A DNA stretch of 64,000 nucleotides from Octopus sinensis (lineage: Eukaryota): positions 107,508,001 through 107,572,000 of the forward strand of contig NC_043002.1 in the NCBI RefSeq assembly GCF_006345805.1. The letters are read 5' to 3'. The translations under genes and the position numbers were made by a program. Each line of letters starts with the position of its first letter. Positions within the stretch are counted from its first letter, which is position 1. The notes beneath the pieces were generated by a model. The model made no database searches. It was not told the DNA's origin and saw only the letters and a list, made by a program, of their open reading frames with translations. Positions 14,088 through 27,944 of the stretch are shown here, in pieces.

Positions 14088-14931
14088 GTAAGTTATAAAT
14101 ATTTATCTCCAACAAATGCTTTTTTTTTTCTCCTTTGTGTAGGATGACTTTCAACAAAATTAATTTGCTCTTGTTTAACTCAAGTCATCCTAAATCAAGT
14201 AGAATGGTGATGTCTTTAGGCATATTTGTCTTTTTTGGAGATAGTGTGACTGCTATTTCTTGTAGGTTCTCTTATTGACCTGTGTCAGATCATGGCATAT
14301 AGCTCTTGTCATTTTGGTGACTTCCATATATGTATATATATATATATATATACACACACACATACACACACACATTGCGAGAGAAACATTAATCTTTGAT
14401 CCCAGAACTTAATGTCAGTTCTTTCTATCTAGACATTATTTTATGGCCTTTCCTAGCCTCAGCCCTTTAAGTTACATCTTAATACATACATGAAGGGATA
14501 CAATGAACCATACACAAGGAATAGTTTTTGTGTGTGTGTATAAAGCAATCTATTCATGTATGAAGTGGTTTGTAAGGAAAGCAACATTATTAAATGATTA
14601 GATTTTTATCTCTTTATTTTTTTTTTTCCACAAGTAAATTTATATTTTCAAAAGTTTGAAAAATTAGTTTTGTTTTGAATCATTGTTTTGCTGTGATTTG
14701 AAGGTGCTGAATATTTTCTCCCCAATATTTTCCATTCTTAAGTTCCGCTGACCAAGGTGAAATGGCATTAATTAATCATGATATACCGAATGCTTTGTTT
14801 TTAGTTATCTTTAGATTTTGATTTCAAGTTCAGCCCACAGCAACTGGAACCAATAAAATGAAAAACTTACTGCACTTTCCAATGGTTTCCAACAATTACA
14901 TTTTAATTAGTTTACTGGATTTTAATTTCTG

Positions 14932-15251
14932 AAAGACCGGAGCCTGGTGCAGCCTTCTGGCTTCCCAGATCCCCGGTCGAACTGTCCAACCCATGCTAGC
15001 ATGGAGAACGGACGTTAAACGATGATGATGATGATGATCTAATTAACTGCGAGGTAGTTGTGGCTGTTGCCAGTGACACGTAAAAAGCACGCACTACACT
15101 CTGAGTGGTTAGTGTTAAGAAGGGCATCCAGCTGTAGAAACACTGCCAGATCAGACTGGGAGCCTGGTGCAGCCTACAGGCTTGCCAGTTCCCAGTCGAA
15201 CCGTCCAACCCATGCCAGCATGGAAAACAGACGTTAAACAATGATGATGCT
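14932..15251 (+). mobile_element. Two tandem 3' fragments of the (GAT)n-tailed SINE-like family
   Basis: Each ends ...ACGTTAAAC followed by a (GAT)n tail. Confidence 0.75.
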
Positions 15252-16315
15252 GCAATACTGTTCAAATTCTGAATTTTTTAAATATTTTCTTTGATTAAAT
15301 CATTAGGTTGTCATAATTTGTAACAATTGACAAAATGATTTTGCAGTATTTAGATAAATTAGTTGCGAGTTCAAATACCCTCCAGGGTAGATGTTGCCTT
15401 TCATTTTGCCAGGGGTTGATCTTATCAGTTGTTACGATCCTCTATCATTGATGCTTTTTATTATGGAAGAAATAAAAACTTTTGCTGGACCTATAATTTA
15501 AGGCCATTATTTTCTTCACTTTATCTTTTTTAGGCATAGATCACCCATATACTCTTTGTTCAATGTGACCATCTTTAGTGATTTGAGAAAGATTTGGCTA
15601 CTGTTTCTAGCAAGTCAATTGAGGCTCTCTTGATTTGTGATTGACTATGCAATTATTAGGATTTTAATTGCTATGTTTTTAGGTTATTATTTTAAAAGTG
15701 TATATTATACAGATGTGGAGATTTTACAAAAAAAAGAAATTACAAATCATAAGTCTCACTTGAGAATAAATATACCATCAGATTATTTCTGTTAGAACAA
15801 AACTTTCTAGTACTTAATCACTATTTCAAAACACAGAACTTTGGTTTAACAGATTAAAATTATCCACAGTAACTCAATGCAAATTTAGCATTCACAGCTT
15901 TTGGTGCTTTTTCTCATGGCTGGATGCATTTTTATGGAAGACTGGAAACGAGAAACACCACTTGTGTGACAGAGACACTCACCTATTTGTAACTATCACG
16001 TGATGCCCAGAAAAGGAGTCATCAACATGAGCAAGCTCCTTTGTATATATATACACACACACACACACACACATGTATATGTATATTTATATATGTGTGA
16101 GTAAGCACCATCTGAACGGGGTCGATGCTAGGTCCACCTGAGTGGCTCTTGTGCCGGTGGCATGTTAAAGGCATCATCCAAACGTAATCGATTCCAGACC
16201 TGCCTGACTGGCTCCTGTGCCATTGGTAGATTTAACATGTTTGTATGTAGTTGACTGACCATAGAAAGAAGTTTGATTCTTGTAGTAGCCATTGAATTTG
16301 TAAAATGCATTCTGT

Positions 16316-16640
16316 TTTACATTATTTACATTTGACGGATATTTGTCCTCATATTGTTTGTTGCTAACACAATGTTTCGGCTGATATACCCTCCAGCCTT
16401 CATCAGGTGTCTTGGAGAAATTTGGAACCTGGGTTCTCATTCCTAAGGTAGTTTCCGACATCTAGAAAACTCTGAAGAACATTGAAAAATACCTTAGGAA
16501 TGAGAACCCAGGTTTGAAATTTCCCCAAGACACCTGATGCCGGCTGGAGGGTATATCAGCAGAAACGTTGTGTAAACAAAAAACAAGATGAGGACAAATA
16601 TCTGTCAAATGTAAATAATTTCTCATCTCTTAAATATAGA
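16316..16640. mobile_element. Head-to-head inverted pair of hammerhead-bearing (Penelope-like) repeat arms
   Basis: Arm 16316-16458 (-) and arm 16478-16640 (+) are reverse complements around a ~20-nt spacer. Hammerhead motifs at 16366-16411 (-) and 16529-16574 (+). Confidence 0.8.
16366..16411 (-). ncRNA. Minimal type I hammerhead ribozyme motif
   Basis: Minus strand reads gacac-CTGATGA-A-GGCTG(gagggtatat)CAGCC-GAAA-ca-TT-gtgtt. Core intact and stem II perfect; the helix III palindrome is broken by a CpG-type change. Confidence 0.65.
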
Positions 16641-16712
16641 ATTGTGTTTCATGTTTGTATACATGAGGGTTTTCCTTTTTTTTAATTTTGATCAACTGTG
16701 TTTCAATTGCAG

Positions 16713-16843
16713 GTGTCGAGCAGGTTGGACTGGGAAGTACTGTAATGAGTGTGCTGTGCACCCGAATTGCCACAAAGGCACTTGTCAAGCACCTTGGGAC
16801 TGTAATTGCGAAGAAGGTTGGGGTGGGCTATTTTGCAATGAAG
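16713..16843 (+). CDS. Delta: Delta exon: end of EGF1 plus EGF2
   Basis: Acceptor ttgcag|, donor g|gtaagt. Translates [43 protein letters not shown]. 131 nt. Confidence 0.96.
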
Positions 16844-17061
16844 GTAAGTTTTAGTTTGTCTTTTTGATTTAAGAGAAACTAAAGATTTTCTTTGTTTAGC
16901 TTCAAACCAAAGCAAATGAAGTAGGCTTTAAGGAATAGCACTTGTGATGGTCCTGTCTTTCATTCGATCTGGGTACTTAAGATTAAGTTTCACTCTTATC
17001 CTTTTTATGAGTATGATTTAAAATTTGGCTGCTATATCTAGCTGGTTGAACAACAATATTC

Positions 17062-17419
17062 TCTTATGCTTTTGTTTGTCATTTGACTGTGGCCATGCTG
17101 GATCACTGCCTTTTGTCGAACAAATTGACCCCAGGACTTTTCTTTGTAAGCCCAGTGCTTATTCTATTGCTTTTTTGCGGAACTGCTAAGTTATGGAGAC
17201 GTAAACACGCCAACATCGGTTGTCAAGCAATGATGGGAGGACAGACACAAACATACTCTCTCACACACACACACACACGACAAGCTTCTTTCAGTTTCCG
17301 TCTACAAGGCTTTGGTTGGCCCAAGGCTATAGAAGACACTTGCTGAAGGTGCCACACAATGGGACTGAACCCGGAACCATGTGGTTGGTAAGCAAGCTAC
17401 TTACCACACAGCCACTCCC
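17062..17419 (-). mobile_element. tRNA-derived SINE (CORE-like family), moderately diverged
   Basis: Reverse complement of the 12492 family. Confidence 0.85.
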
Positions 17420-17723
17420 AAGTAGACTTGTTCAGTTCTAGGCTCTGTGAAGACATTAACAGGGGTTTATAGTTTCACAGAATTTGAATTTATTTCCATA
17501 TTTTCCAGAACAAGAAATTTAGCCAACTTAATGTCCGATTCTCCATTCTGATATCGGAAAATTTTATTTCTGATGGATATTTTGGTGTCTGTGTTAGTCA
17601 TTTATTTTGAGGGTTGAAATTAAAACAAAATATAAAATAATTTTAAAAGGTAACCCAGGTTTGGGTGAAAGCGCTTCAATTTATTGTAGTTTGGTTAAAT
17701 AAAAAAATTACTAGATTGAACAA

Positions 17724-18181
17724 TACCTTTCTATAAGAGATGAGGAATTATGGACATTTACATTATTTACATTTGATGGATGTTTGTCCTCATCTTGTTT
17801 GTTGTTAACACAATATTTCGGCTGATATACCTTCCAGCATTCATCAGGTGTCTTGGGGAAATTTCGAACCTGAGTTCCCATTCCTGAGGTATTTTTCGAT
17901 GTTATTATTATTACGGTCACTGCCTGGAATTGAACTCGGAATCTTGGAGTTAGTAGCCCGTGCTCTTAACCACTATGCCATATGGCCGTGTTCGATTCCA
18001 GGCAGTGACCTGAATAATAATAATAATAATAATAATGACATCAAAAAAATAGTTTAGGAATGAGAACCCAGGTTCGAAATTTCCCCCAAGACACCTGATG
18101 AAAGCTGGAGGGTATATCAGCCGAAACGTTGTGTTAACAACAAACAAGATGAGGACAAATATCCGTCAAATGTAAATAATG
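17724..18181. mobile_element. Inverted dimer of the tRNA-head/hammerhead element, flanked by a 12-bp direct repeat
   Basis: A - strand copy with the tRNA-like head (to 17990) is fused to a 5'-truncated + strand copy starting at the B box (17991). tagattgaacaa occurs at 17712-17723 and 18182-18193. Confidence 0.85.
18090..18135 (+). ncRNA. Minimal type I hammerhead ribozyme motif, sense to the Delta pre-mRNA
   Basis: gacac-CTGATGA-A-agctg(gagggtatat)cagcc-GAAA-cg-TT-gtgtt. Stem I is 5 bp, the first pair of stem II is mutated (A:C), and helix III is reduced to the palindrome AACGTT. Confidence 0.65.
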
Positions 18182-18244
18182 TAGATTGAACAAGTTCTAG
18201 ATTTTTAAATTGTATTTATTTTGGTTTTTGCTTTCTCTGTTTAG

Positions 18245-18414
18245 ATCTCAACTATTGCACCCATCACAGTCCTTGCAAGAACCAAGGGACCTGCACTAAC
18301 ACAGGGCAAGGGAGCTATACGTGTAATTGTCCGGAGGGCTTCAATGGCACCAACTGTGAAATTAAAGTTGACGATTGTCGATACCAATCCTGTTTAAATT
18401 CTGGAACATGTGAG
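18245..18414 (+). CDS. Delta: Delta exon: EGF3 plus first half of EGF4
   Basis: Acceptor tgtttag|, donor |gttagt. Translates (D)[56 protein letters not shown]. 170 nt. Confidence 0.96.
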
Positions 18415-18851
18415 GTTAGTAAGTTTCTTTACTCAAATCAGTATCTGTAAAAAAAGGATGAAATATTTTTTTTTTTAAACTATAGAGATGGAAAGTGATT
18501 GTAAGATATTTATCTACCTTGTTTTGATCAGTTTGTTCTCAAATCCTCATCTTTTTCCTACAATTGTACATAATACCAGGCTGAGTTTGAACTAGGAACC
18601 TTTATATGTAAAGCAAGTATACTAACAGTCTTATCCACTAGGCCACCATTTTACATGTATGCTATTACACTGTTTAGGTAAAGTTTTCTATTACTAATGT
18701 AGCTTGGGACTATGTATATGATACCTGGTGGTGACTAAAGAATAAACAAGACAAACATTTAATGTAGAGTATGTGTGTGCTTTTTTTATGAAATACCAGT
18801 GAAGTTAGAAAAATCATGATTTGCATAACAATGACATTTTTGCTTTTCCAG

Positions 18852-19068
18852 CAAACTGGTGCAGAGTTCCGATGCCAATGTCAAGATGGTTATGGCGGGA
18901 AGCACTGTGAGATAAAAGCCAATAATTGTTCTGGTCATCCCTGTCAGAATGGTGGCAGGTGTGAGAATTTTGATGATGGGTATCTATGTGAATGCCAACC
19001 TGGGTATACTGGACACAACTGTGAAATTGAAATAATTGAGTGTGCTTCAAATCCATGTCAAAATAAAG
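18852..19068 (+). CDS. Delta: Delta exon: end of EGF4, EGF5, start of EGF6
   Basis: Acceptor ttttccag|, donor g|gtaaaa. Translates QTGAEFRCQCQDGYGGKHC...CASNPCQNK. 217 nt. Confidence 0.95.
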
Positions 19069-19617
19069 GTAAAAAAATTTTCTGGTCTGATTCTTTGATT
19101 TCTTTCCTGGCTGCAAGCAAATCTTCATCATTTGTACTAAAGGTGTCATTTGTTTGTATTTCACAGCTGAAGCATGTCCAAGTTGCTTTACTGATTGTGA
19201 GCTTATTGTCTCTATACTTACCTACAAGGTCATTTGTTTGTAGTCCTCTGTGAAAGCATGTCTGTCCATTGTTTAAATAGACTGGAGGAATTATCCTGTT
19301 CGGAAACAGGCAAAGGAATACAACAGGCCATAGAAAATTCCTCAATGGTCTCATCTTCCCCAGTGTCAATGATGTGGATTTGGTGTGGTGCTATAAGAAG
19401 AAAATTGAATTATTTACATAAGTTTACTAGAAATGTCCACAAATAGAAAACCATCATTCTAAGATCAAGTAATTAGTAATTCATGTTACAAATTTGTGTG
19501 TAGAGCTGTGATTGCGTTAGTGTATGAAGTTGGGTGTATGATTCAACTATTTTTAAAAACCGTTTTCTTTTGACTATTTAAATTGGTTTATGAATATTTT
19601 TTGTCTTTCATTTTCAG

Positions 19618-20410
19618 GTCGTTGTGTTGATCATGTGAATGGGTTTCATTGTGTCTGTGAACCAGGCTACAGTGGTAAAATTTGTGAAGTGGACGAAGAC
19701 AACTGTTTAAAGCAACCCTGCCTGAATGGAGGCACCTGTGAGGACAAGGTCAATGATTTTGAATGCCACTGTAAACCAGGATATGTTGGCTTCATTTGTG
19801 CACTTCAACTCAATCATTGCCTTATTCAGCCTTGCAAAAACGGAGGTACATGCACTAATTTGAATAACGATTTTCGCTGTGATTGTCCGTCGGGATTTAC
19901 AGGGAAGGATTGTACCATGAATATTAAGTGTGCCAGCAATCCATGTAAGAATGGTAGCACCTGCAATGATCTGGGATCAAGTTACTCATGTATTTGTCAA
20001 ACAGGTTTTTCTGGCCTTCACTGTGATCGCCAGGAAAGCACAAGCATGTCTGTATTAGAACTTGGTTTGAGCATTTGTCTTGGAGCTGGTTTACCTCTTA
20101 TTGTGATTATCATTGTTGTTATTATAATGCTATTACGGCACCAGCGCCACCATTTTCGAGAAAACATGCAGAAGGAAACTGAACAAAATCGCATCAATAG
20201 TAAATGCATGGAAACTGATATTTTCATGACAAATCCTTCAGCAAGTTCATCTGATAAATTTACCAAAGAACTGGAATGTTCTAATAGATTTAATTCGGAA
20301 CTGTTTTACCATGAAAAATCTACTAACATTCTAAGACAGAATGTTACAGGTGAACCATATCACAAACCTTATAATAAAAAGATGTTGACACCAATACCAA
20401 ATAGTGTAGG
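19618..20410 (+). CDS. Delta: Delta exon: EGF6-EGF9, transmembrane helix, proximal intracellular domain
   Basis: Acceptor ttttcag|, donor gg|gtgagt. Carries 3.5 EGF repeats, hydrophobic LGLSICLGAGLPLIVIIIVVIIMLL followed by RHQRHH, and QNRIN at 20184-20198. 793 nt. Confidence 0.96.
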
Positions 20411-23400
20411 GTGAGTACTTGATTTTTGGTTCCTTATGCACGCACACACACACACACACACACACATTATTTGGATATTCTGTTTGAGGATTTCATTTCT
20501 TGGTCTCTTGTAACTGTTTGCCATTCTTGTGTGTCACCTGCATCCAAAGCCACTTGACAAACATCTGTAATCCTTGTCCCCTTCCCCACTCTCAGCTTTT
20601 GCATTCTATCCAATCCTTCCTCCCCGCTACATTCACTATCTTAAATTTGCTCCACCCGTATTGCATTTTTTCCTGCCTATGTTGATTTAGGGTTGATATT
20701 TTAGTTGGTATATATTTGTCCACATCACTCAGTAAGGAGCGTAAGACCGGTTTCCTTGATTCTCTGGCATATATATCTCCCCCACTCTGGACAGAATGCC
20801 TGTCTATCACAGGATTACTCCTTTTTGCCAGCTGAGTGGACTGGGGCAATGTGAAATGAAGTGTTTTGCTCAAGAACAATGCACCTGCCTTTGATGGCCA
20901 AAACAGGTTATCAGGACAACGCCACCATCTTCCTTTCTCATCCCCTTTCTCTTAACCTATCACCCTTGTTTTATAGGTATCACTGACTGTAGACCTCCAG
21001 ACCCAAATCTGGAGGTTTCTTATGGAAGCTACACCAGTGTTGCTCCTGTTGCATTTTACTCTGCTGGTCTGCTGCTTTTTCAAGCTTCCCTTAGATGTAT
21101 AGAACCCCTTAGGCCCTTAGACCACAGGACTGGATCATGGATGGCATGAGGGCCTGTTCACACATTGGTAGGTCTGTGTGACACGTCTAGGAACCAACCT
21201 TTTCAGTTTCTGTAGGTCTTTGCCACAATAGACCTAGGTGTAATGGTGATCAAGGGACAGCTCTATAGTCCCCCAAATTCACAAACTTTCAAGTTGGATC
21301 TTAGCCATCAGATGCAGTTGAATGTGTTCCCCAGGGAAAATTAAACTATGTAAGGATGATGTGGGCCTTGATGGATATTTAGTATTTGTCAGAGGAGTTG
21401 AGTTTTTTTATAAACCTTATTCTGACTTCCCTGTTATTAACCCCAAATCATTCAAGTAACCCTGTAATCAAAAACCTTTCAGCTTTGATCATAATCATCT
21501 TGTAGGGTAACACGACAGTATCTATTTTCTTTCCCCTTTTTTTTTCTTACAAAAAAAAATATAGAATATAGTTTGGCTGCTATTTCCAGTGGCCCAAGTG
21601 ACTAAAGATTCCTTTTCTTCAATGAGAGACCTTATAATCTGATTTATGGTCTCAAAGGACTTGGTCTAAGGATTTTATTTTAATCTGGCCTTTCTCACTT
21701 CCAACCTCGATAATAAACTCTGCACCTCACTACACACATTCCACTGCAATTATCTGTAAACATAATCATTTCTTCTCACACACACACACAACATTATTAG
21801 AGCAAGTATGAAAAGTATTTCACTATTGACGAGCAACATATGCTTTTGTAATACAATAAGGAAAGCAAAGGAGGGGAGGGGAAAAGACAATGTTTTCAAT
21901 GAGTTTCTTCAACAGGCTAACTACACATTGTTTGGATTTAACACTTTGGCTTACATCACACACACACTAAAGTGGCTTCATCAGTAAAGAAATTTCTTTG
22001 AAGTATCTAGTCTCAAGTCAACCCTGATGGGGTGTTCCAATGATCATAAGCTTCTTAACTTGATTGTCCTGTCTTTTTAGTGGTTTTAATCGACTGTTAT
22101 TTGTCAATCCTTATTTTTTGAATAGTGGGGGTCTGCTTTTATGTAGATTAGATTTCCGTTTGCAGTTGAGCTGGTTTTGTTGGTAGGGAAACGTCCCCTT
22201 TTTTTTAAAATTGAAAGTCGAAACACACATTATCTGAATTTGTGAGATCCTTGGGAGAAGGTCAGCATCTGATGGACATGATGAATAGTAAGAAGGTTGC
22301 AGTTCTGACTAGAAATGGAGGGAGGGAAGGTTTTGTGAAAGGTGTGTGGCACAGTCAGGAGGAGTTGGGGAGAAAAGTGCTGCTATTTCATATTTACAAA
22401 GTATGACTGTGTGGTGGGGGTAATGGGGAAACAGGTGAACCTGTCATATCTTCCAATCAGCTTTGTGAATACAAGTCTTTGATATTGGTGAAGTAGCAAG
22501 AACAATTCTGTGCCAGTTTCCATTGAAATCGGGGGAGGTTTTTTTTTTTTTTTTTTTATATCTGGTATGCCTTGATTTTTGTACATGTGCACAGAAATCT
22601 TTACCCAGAAATATATAACTTTCCAATCGCACCTTTAACACACCTGTAACAAATCGTTTCTTTCAAATTGGTATCAGGGAATGATACAGATCACAAATCA
22701 GATATTACCGAACATTACGTCACACCCCAATGCTTCCATGCATGCACAAGAACCTGAATGACTTTGGAAATTTTGATTCAGGCATTTAAATCGGTGATTC
22801 CCAATGAAATACTTTTGTCTTGTAGTTACTTGGTGGGTGGGGTGTCTATTGTATAATAGTTGTTTCTGGAACCTAATTGGAATATAGGGACCATCTTACC
22901 TGTTAAGTTATGAAGTCAGTAATTAGCAGATACTTTGAATCTAAGATACTTTTAACTTTGGGAATTAGAAAATCCTTCCCCCCCCCAAAAAAAAAGGATT
23001 TACTTATCCCCTATGTTTGAAATTTTAACCCCTGATCTTACATCCATCTAAGGAAGACAAATCAAGGAGGAAGCCACAGTGAAGTAAGTCAACTTGCTAG
23101 AAATAGGAAGCAACTCTGGAAAAAATGATTTGATGGTCATAACTGGAACGATTTTGAAAATAGGACTTCTTGATGGGAATTGACTGAAAAATAGATTCCA
23201 GTCTTCTGTTAAAAATACATTTGGTCGTGGTAGTGGGAGGAGGATAAAAATAGAAAATCTAAAACCTGACAGTGACTTTCGCGCGTGCAAAGATATTTAT
23301 ACACATGTACACAACCACCTCCACAACTACCTTCCAATGTAACAACAGGTCACCTGGATGTTTTTCAGTGATATTTTCTCTTAGTTTCACTTTTGATTCT

Positions 23401-26400
23401 ATATTTCCTTGACAATAACAACTTGAAAAAGCAAACTTTTCGATATTAAAATCCCAAGTAAATTCTGAATTTGAAATGGGTTTGAATCCCCAAGAAATCT
23501 TTTCGGAGCGTCTACAGACTTAATTTTAGACATGATAGAAATTTAATTCAGCCTTAGTCGAAAGACACCTGTTTTTATGTCCTGTTATTATTATGTATTT
23601 GTGTAACATTGTCCTTTTTCCCGTCCTTGTTTTTGTTTACATTCGCTTACATTCTTCCAAAGAATCTAATGCTCTTAGCTTAGTTTTTCCTTGGGGCTGG
23701 CCAGATAGGAGCAATCTCGAGTATAATCAACCGAAATTGCAATGGTAGAAATGTGTGGTCTGGGAGAAATCTTAATTTCTGTCAGATGCAAGGAGATTGT
23801 GCTAGAAGCTTTAATTGTCTTGGAAGTGGGATTCTTGACATCAAACAGAACGTGTCAACCAGGACAAAAATAAGCTTTTTGAATTCTGACCGTGATTGGC
23901 CAAACCAAAATGGTCAGCTACCAACACACACACAAACACAGATATTCTTAATCAGTTTTAATCCCACGTATGAAAAAGAGGAAAGCCTCTCTATCGGAAT
24001 ATTGTCAGAATAACCTGAAAGGGATTTGATTGCTTATCCTCTCCATAGATTGGAATATATGGTTGTTGGTTGTGAAAATCAGTCATATCGTGTATCTGAA
24101 ACAACATATTTCAAAGCTCCGCTTTGCTCCTCTCGCCAGAGACTTTTGATTCATTTTAGGAGTCGTGTATGTTTGTAAGTAAATAACACTTCTTACAGGT
24201 TTCTTGTAGTGACCAAAAGCATTTCAACCATCAACCATTCCGCTGTTTTCTACGTTGAAAACACTAATATGGTGAGGGCTGAAGTTAGACTACATTACCT
24301 AATGCTTTCCTAGAAAATGGTAAATGATGACTCGAAGGAAATTTGGCTACTGTTTCTAGTGTGTCTAGTGCTAATGTTAGAGGATCTCTCATTGACTCGA
24401 CTCTTAAGAAACTAGTGATTTGGAAATTGTCAGTGTGTGTCTAATAATCCAGGCTAATCTAACACAGAACATTTTGCTCTTCCATATTCACTCCATCTCC
24501 CAGCAAATAAGTTAATCTTGAGTGAGTGTGTGTGTGCATGTGTGAAACTGACATTTTAAAGGACAGTTTTTTTTTATTTGATCAGAACTTCTTTGCAACT
24601 TTTTGACGAGTCCCCTCACGCCACTTGTGGTTTTATGATATAAAAATCTTATTTTTAAAATGTTCATATTTGTAATTAAAAGCCTTAAATTTTACATAAA
24701 GAACCTTCGAAAACTTTTCCAAAATCAAGATCCTTTATCTCAGCTTTCTATTTTTGGTAGTAATATAATCGCACCCCACTCAAGGGGTCTTGAAATGGAT
24801 AGTTATGATTTCCATGATCAGCATTTTACCAGGTGTTTTTTCCATTTTCTTGCAATGTAAAAATCTCTTCGTTATCTTTCTAATGGCCTGCTGCTGTAAA
24901 TTATGTAACAGGAAGTTAAGAGATGCTTGAGTAAGCTGCTAATTTTCCTCACCCTCCTAACAAATTTGATCGTGACGAAATAAAACTTTTCTGTGTAATT
25001 AGACCTAATTAGATTTTCTCTCATATGTTACTGCTTGCTACACAGTCTTTCCATCCAAACCTCTCTCTTTCATCATGTAACGTCTGTTTGCCATGCTAGC
25101 ATGGGTTGGTATATATGTGTAAATACATATCCGGCTGTTTGCCACCACCCCTTCTCTCTCTCTCTCTCCTCGTGTTCTCTACAACTCTCACAAGCACTGC
25201 TAATATAGTTTATGTTCACACCACAAACCAAAATACACATGCATTGGCACCACATACCATGTCAGATTCCTCCTGTGCTTCCATTTGCATCTTAAAGCCA
25301 TTGATTAAAATGGTAAACTCCCTTCCTAGTTCAGTGCAACTACTTGGAATTCCTCAAACTGACTTCAAATGGACCAGTACCTAACATTGTCAGGGTAGAA
25401 ATTTTTGATTCCAATTGTTTTTATAACTAATAAGAATTCTTACCTTTTTTTTAATTTCAATTTTGTCACAAAGATTTTATGAGAGGAATAAGTTAAGATA
25501 AATTCCACACGTTTGCTTTTTAATATATTTAGTCTTCAGTGTATTTCATTACTATAGGGTCCTGATGGCCCTTTAATTCAGAGTTCAAGTCATTCAGTTT
25601 GTGTGTGCATACATGCTTTTTTTCATAGTGGATGTTGCTTATTGTTATCACCTTCAAGCAGGGCCTTTTCAATAAGCAACAGTTTATTAACATTAAGCAC
25701 ATAGTTTGGGACCTGATTTTAGTAACTCGTCAGCATTATGTGGTTGTGATAAAATAAATTTTCTGATGAAGGTTACAGGGTTATTGTTAGATATACCGAG
25801 TGTGGTTTTGATTCCATTGCACAGTGTCATGGGAAGTTTTCTCTTACTGGATGACCCCAGGGAAAAGCATGGGAGCCTGTCTTGTGTGTGGCAGGGGAAT
25901 TTTCATGACAATTGATAAACTCCTGCTTTCAAACACATTCTGTTGTGATATTTGTTCCTCCCTAGTTGCAAACTCTCCCTTTTACGATCCTAAATGAACT
26001 TGTACTTGAAATGCAATTCAAAAAATTCTGAAACCTGGGCTGGCGTGCAAATATTCTGGAACCTCAGAACTGGTAAATAAATATTAGTTGCTAGTGTAGT
26101 GTCTGGATGACAATAGTGTTGGAGATAATCAATTTTAAAGAGGACAAAAAATTAATATCATAACTTGGTTATATTATTGATCTCTGATGTAACCAACTGA
26201 TGTCATTTTTTTAGAAAAGTCATCAATAAATCCTCTTTACCATCAGTGATATTCATGTTACTGCTACCACCTCTCCTATAACGATTAAATTTTTTTTTAA
26301 ATGTCCTAAGCTGACCAAACGAATTTGAACAAAGGCATTTCCCTACTGCCACTCTCTCTCTCTACCCTTAATTATTCCATGGCCATAATTGTTCACGTGG

Positions 26401-27944
26401 AAGTTGGTCTTCTGCATTTTATTTTCATTAGAAATAACTTTTAATGTTACTATGGTAACCAAGAAAATTTAAATTTCAGTCTGGAAATAAGTTTTACAAA
26501 GTTTCCTATTCAAAGTACCTTACAACACCTGTTCATACCTGAGGGCCCTACAAACACACACACACACAGACATGCATGCACATGCACACACTCACACATG
26601 CCCACACGCATGCCCATGTGTGCGCGCACACACACACACACAAAGTTGTCAGTCCTGATTGAGTAGACTTATGATCAAAGTTATTCCAGCTGTGACCATC
26701 TTGTTTTTTTCTCAGGACTTAGTGTTATCTAGGACTTACATTATCTAACATGTCCTTCTGGGGGTGTTTTTCTTTTTTTGTTTTTTGTAAGAAAGTAAGG
26801 TTGTGATTTGAGGAATATTTTGTTGCTGTTTATAATAAGGTCAGTTATCTATGAAAAGCCCTTACTTCCATGTGAGGTGGGATTTGAGAAATCTGTTCAT
26901 AATATTTGTACCATTTAATGCTTAAAGCTTAAGTGTTTATTTTTAATTACGACATTGCTTGTATTCAGTGCCATAGTTATGAAACTACCAATAACCTATT
27001 TTATATTACTGTGTAACAAATATAGGTTATTTTGGTTACAGGAATTTAAATGACACCCACAAGCTTATCTACTCTCCATCTAATTAGACTTTATTGATTA
27101 GTAATATTACTTTTTAAAATATTTTTTATTACTAACAAGCTGGGCTTCCCTACTAGTTGCCCTACTTTAAAATCTCCACCGCTAAAATGCAAAAGGTAAG
27201 CAGTTGATTAATTCGTTTTATGCAATCCTTTCAGCAGATTTGTACAACTTCTTTTGATAGTGGTGAAGAATAGACTCGCTGTTTAAACCTTTTAACGTGT
27301 ATCGTGTTCTACTCCAGCTAAATATGAATGAAATTTAATATGTGAGGTTTTCTACTCTATCCAGAGGTTCCATGAAAGTTTAGTAGAGGAAACTACTATG
27401 TTCTTGTTGTTATTCAATCATTCTTTTAGCAGCATTTCTTCCACTCATAGCTTGTGGCACTCTTACAAGGAAAAAAAAAAAAAAATGAAAAACTTTTTCT
27501 ATTTTAATTCTTGAAAAAGAAATCTATTTTTATCGTCTTGCTGATTCGTTTACCATTCCACACGTAGTAAATACTTTGATAACATTTTACTGTCAGTTTA
27601 TTACACATTCTCAGTTCTGTGAGTGAAATACCAAATATATATCATGAGATGAGTAAATTTAATAAAATTCCTTAATGTGTCTTGCCTCATATCTATGATT
27701 ACTCCAGCTTCACAGGTGATTGCCATCTCACTGTGATTCCTTGTTGTCAATGTCATTTCTGACTTTCAATATATGACCTCCCAGATGACTATTCGGCCCC
27801 ATTTGCAGAGCTCCATGGTTTGAGGTATATGTGACTGGCGAGATGTAACTTGTGACTGGTTAGGTCTGCACGTCACCCTAAAGAGACCTCTGGACATCAT
27901 TGGCCCCTATTCCTATATCTACTCTAACACAGTTGTAGCACCTG

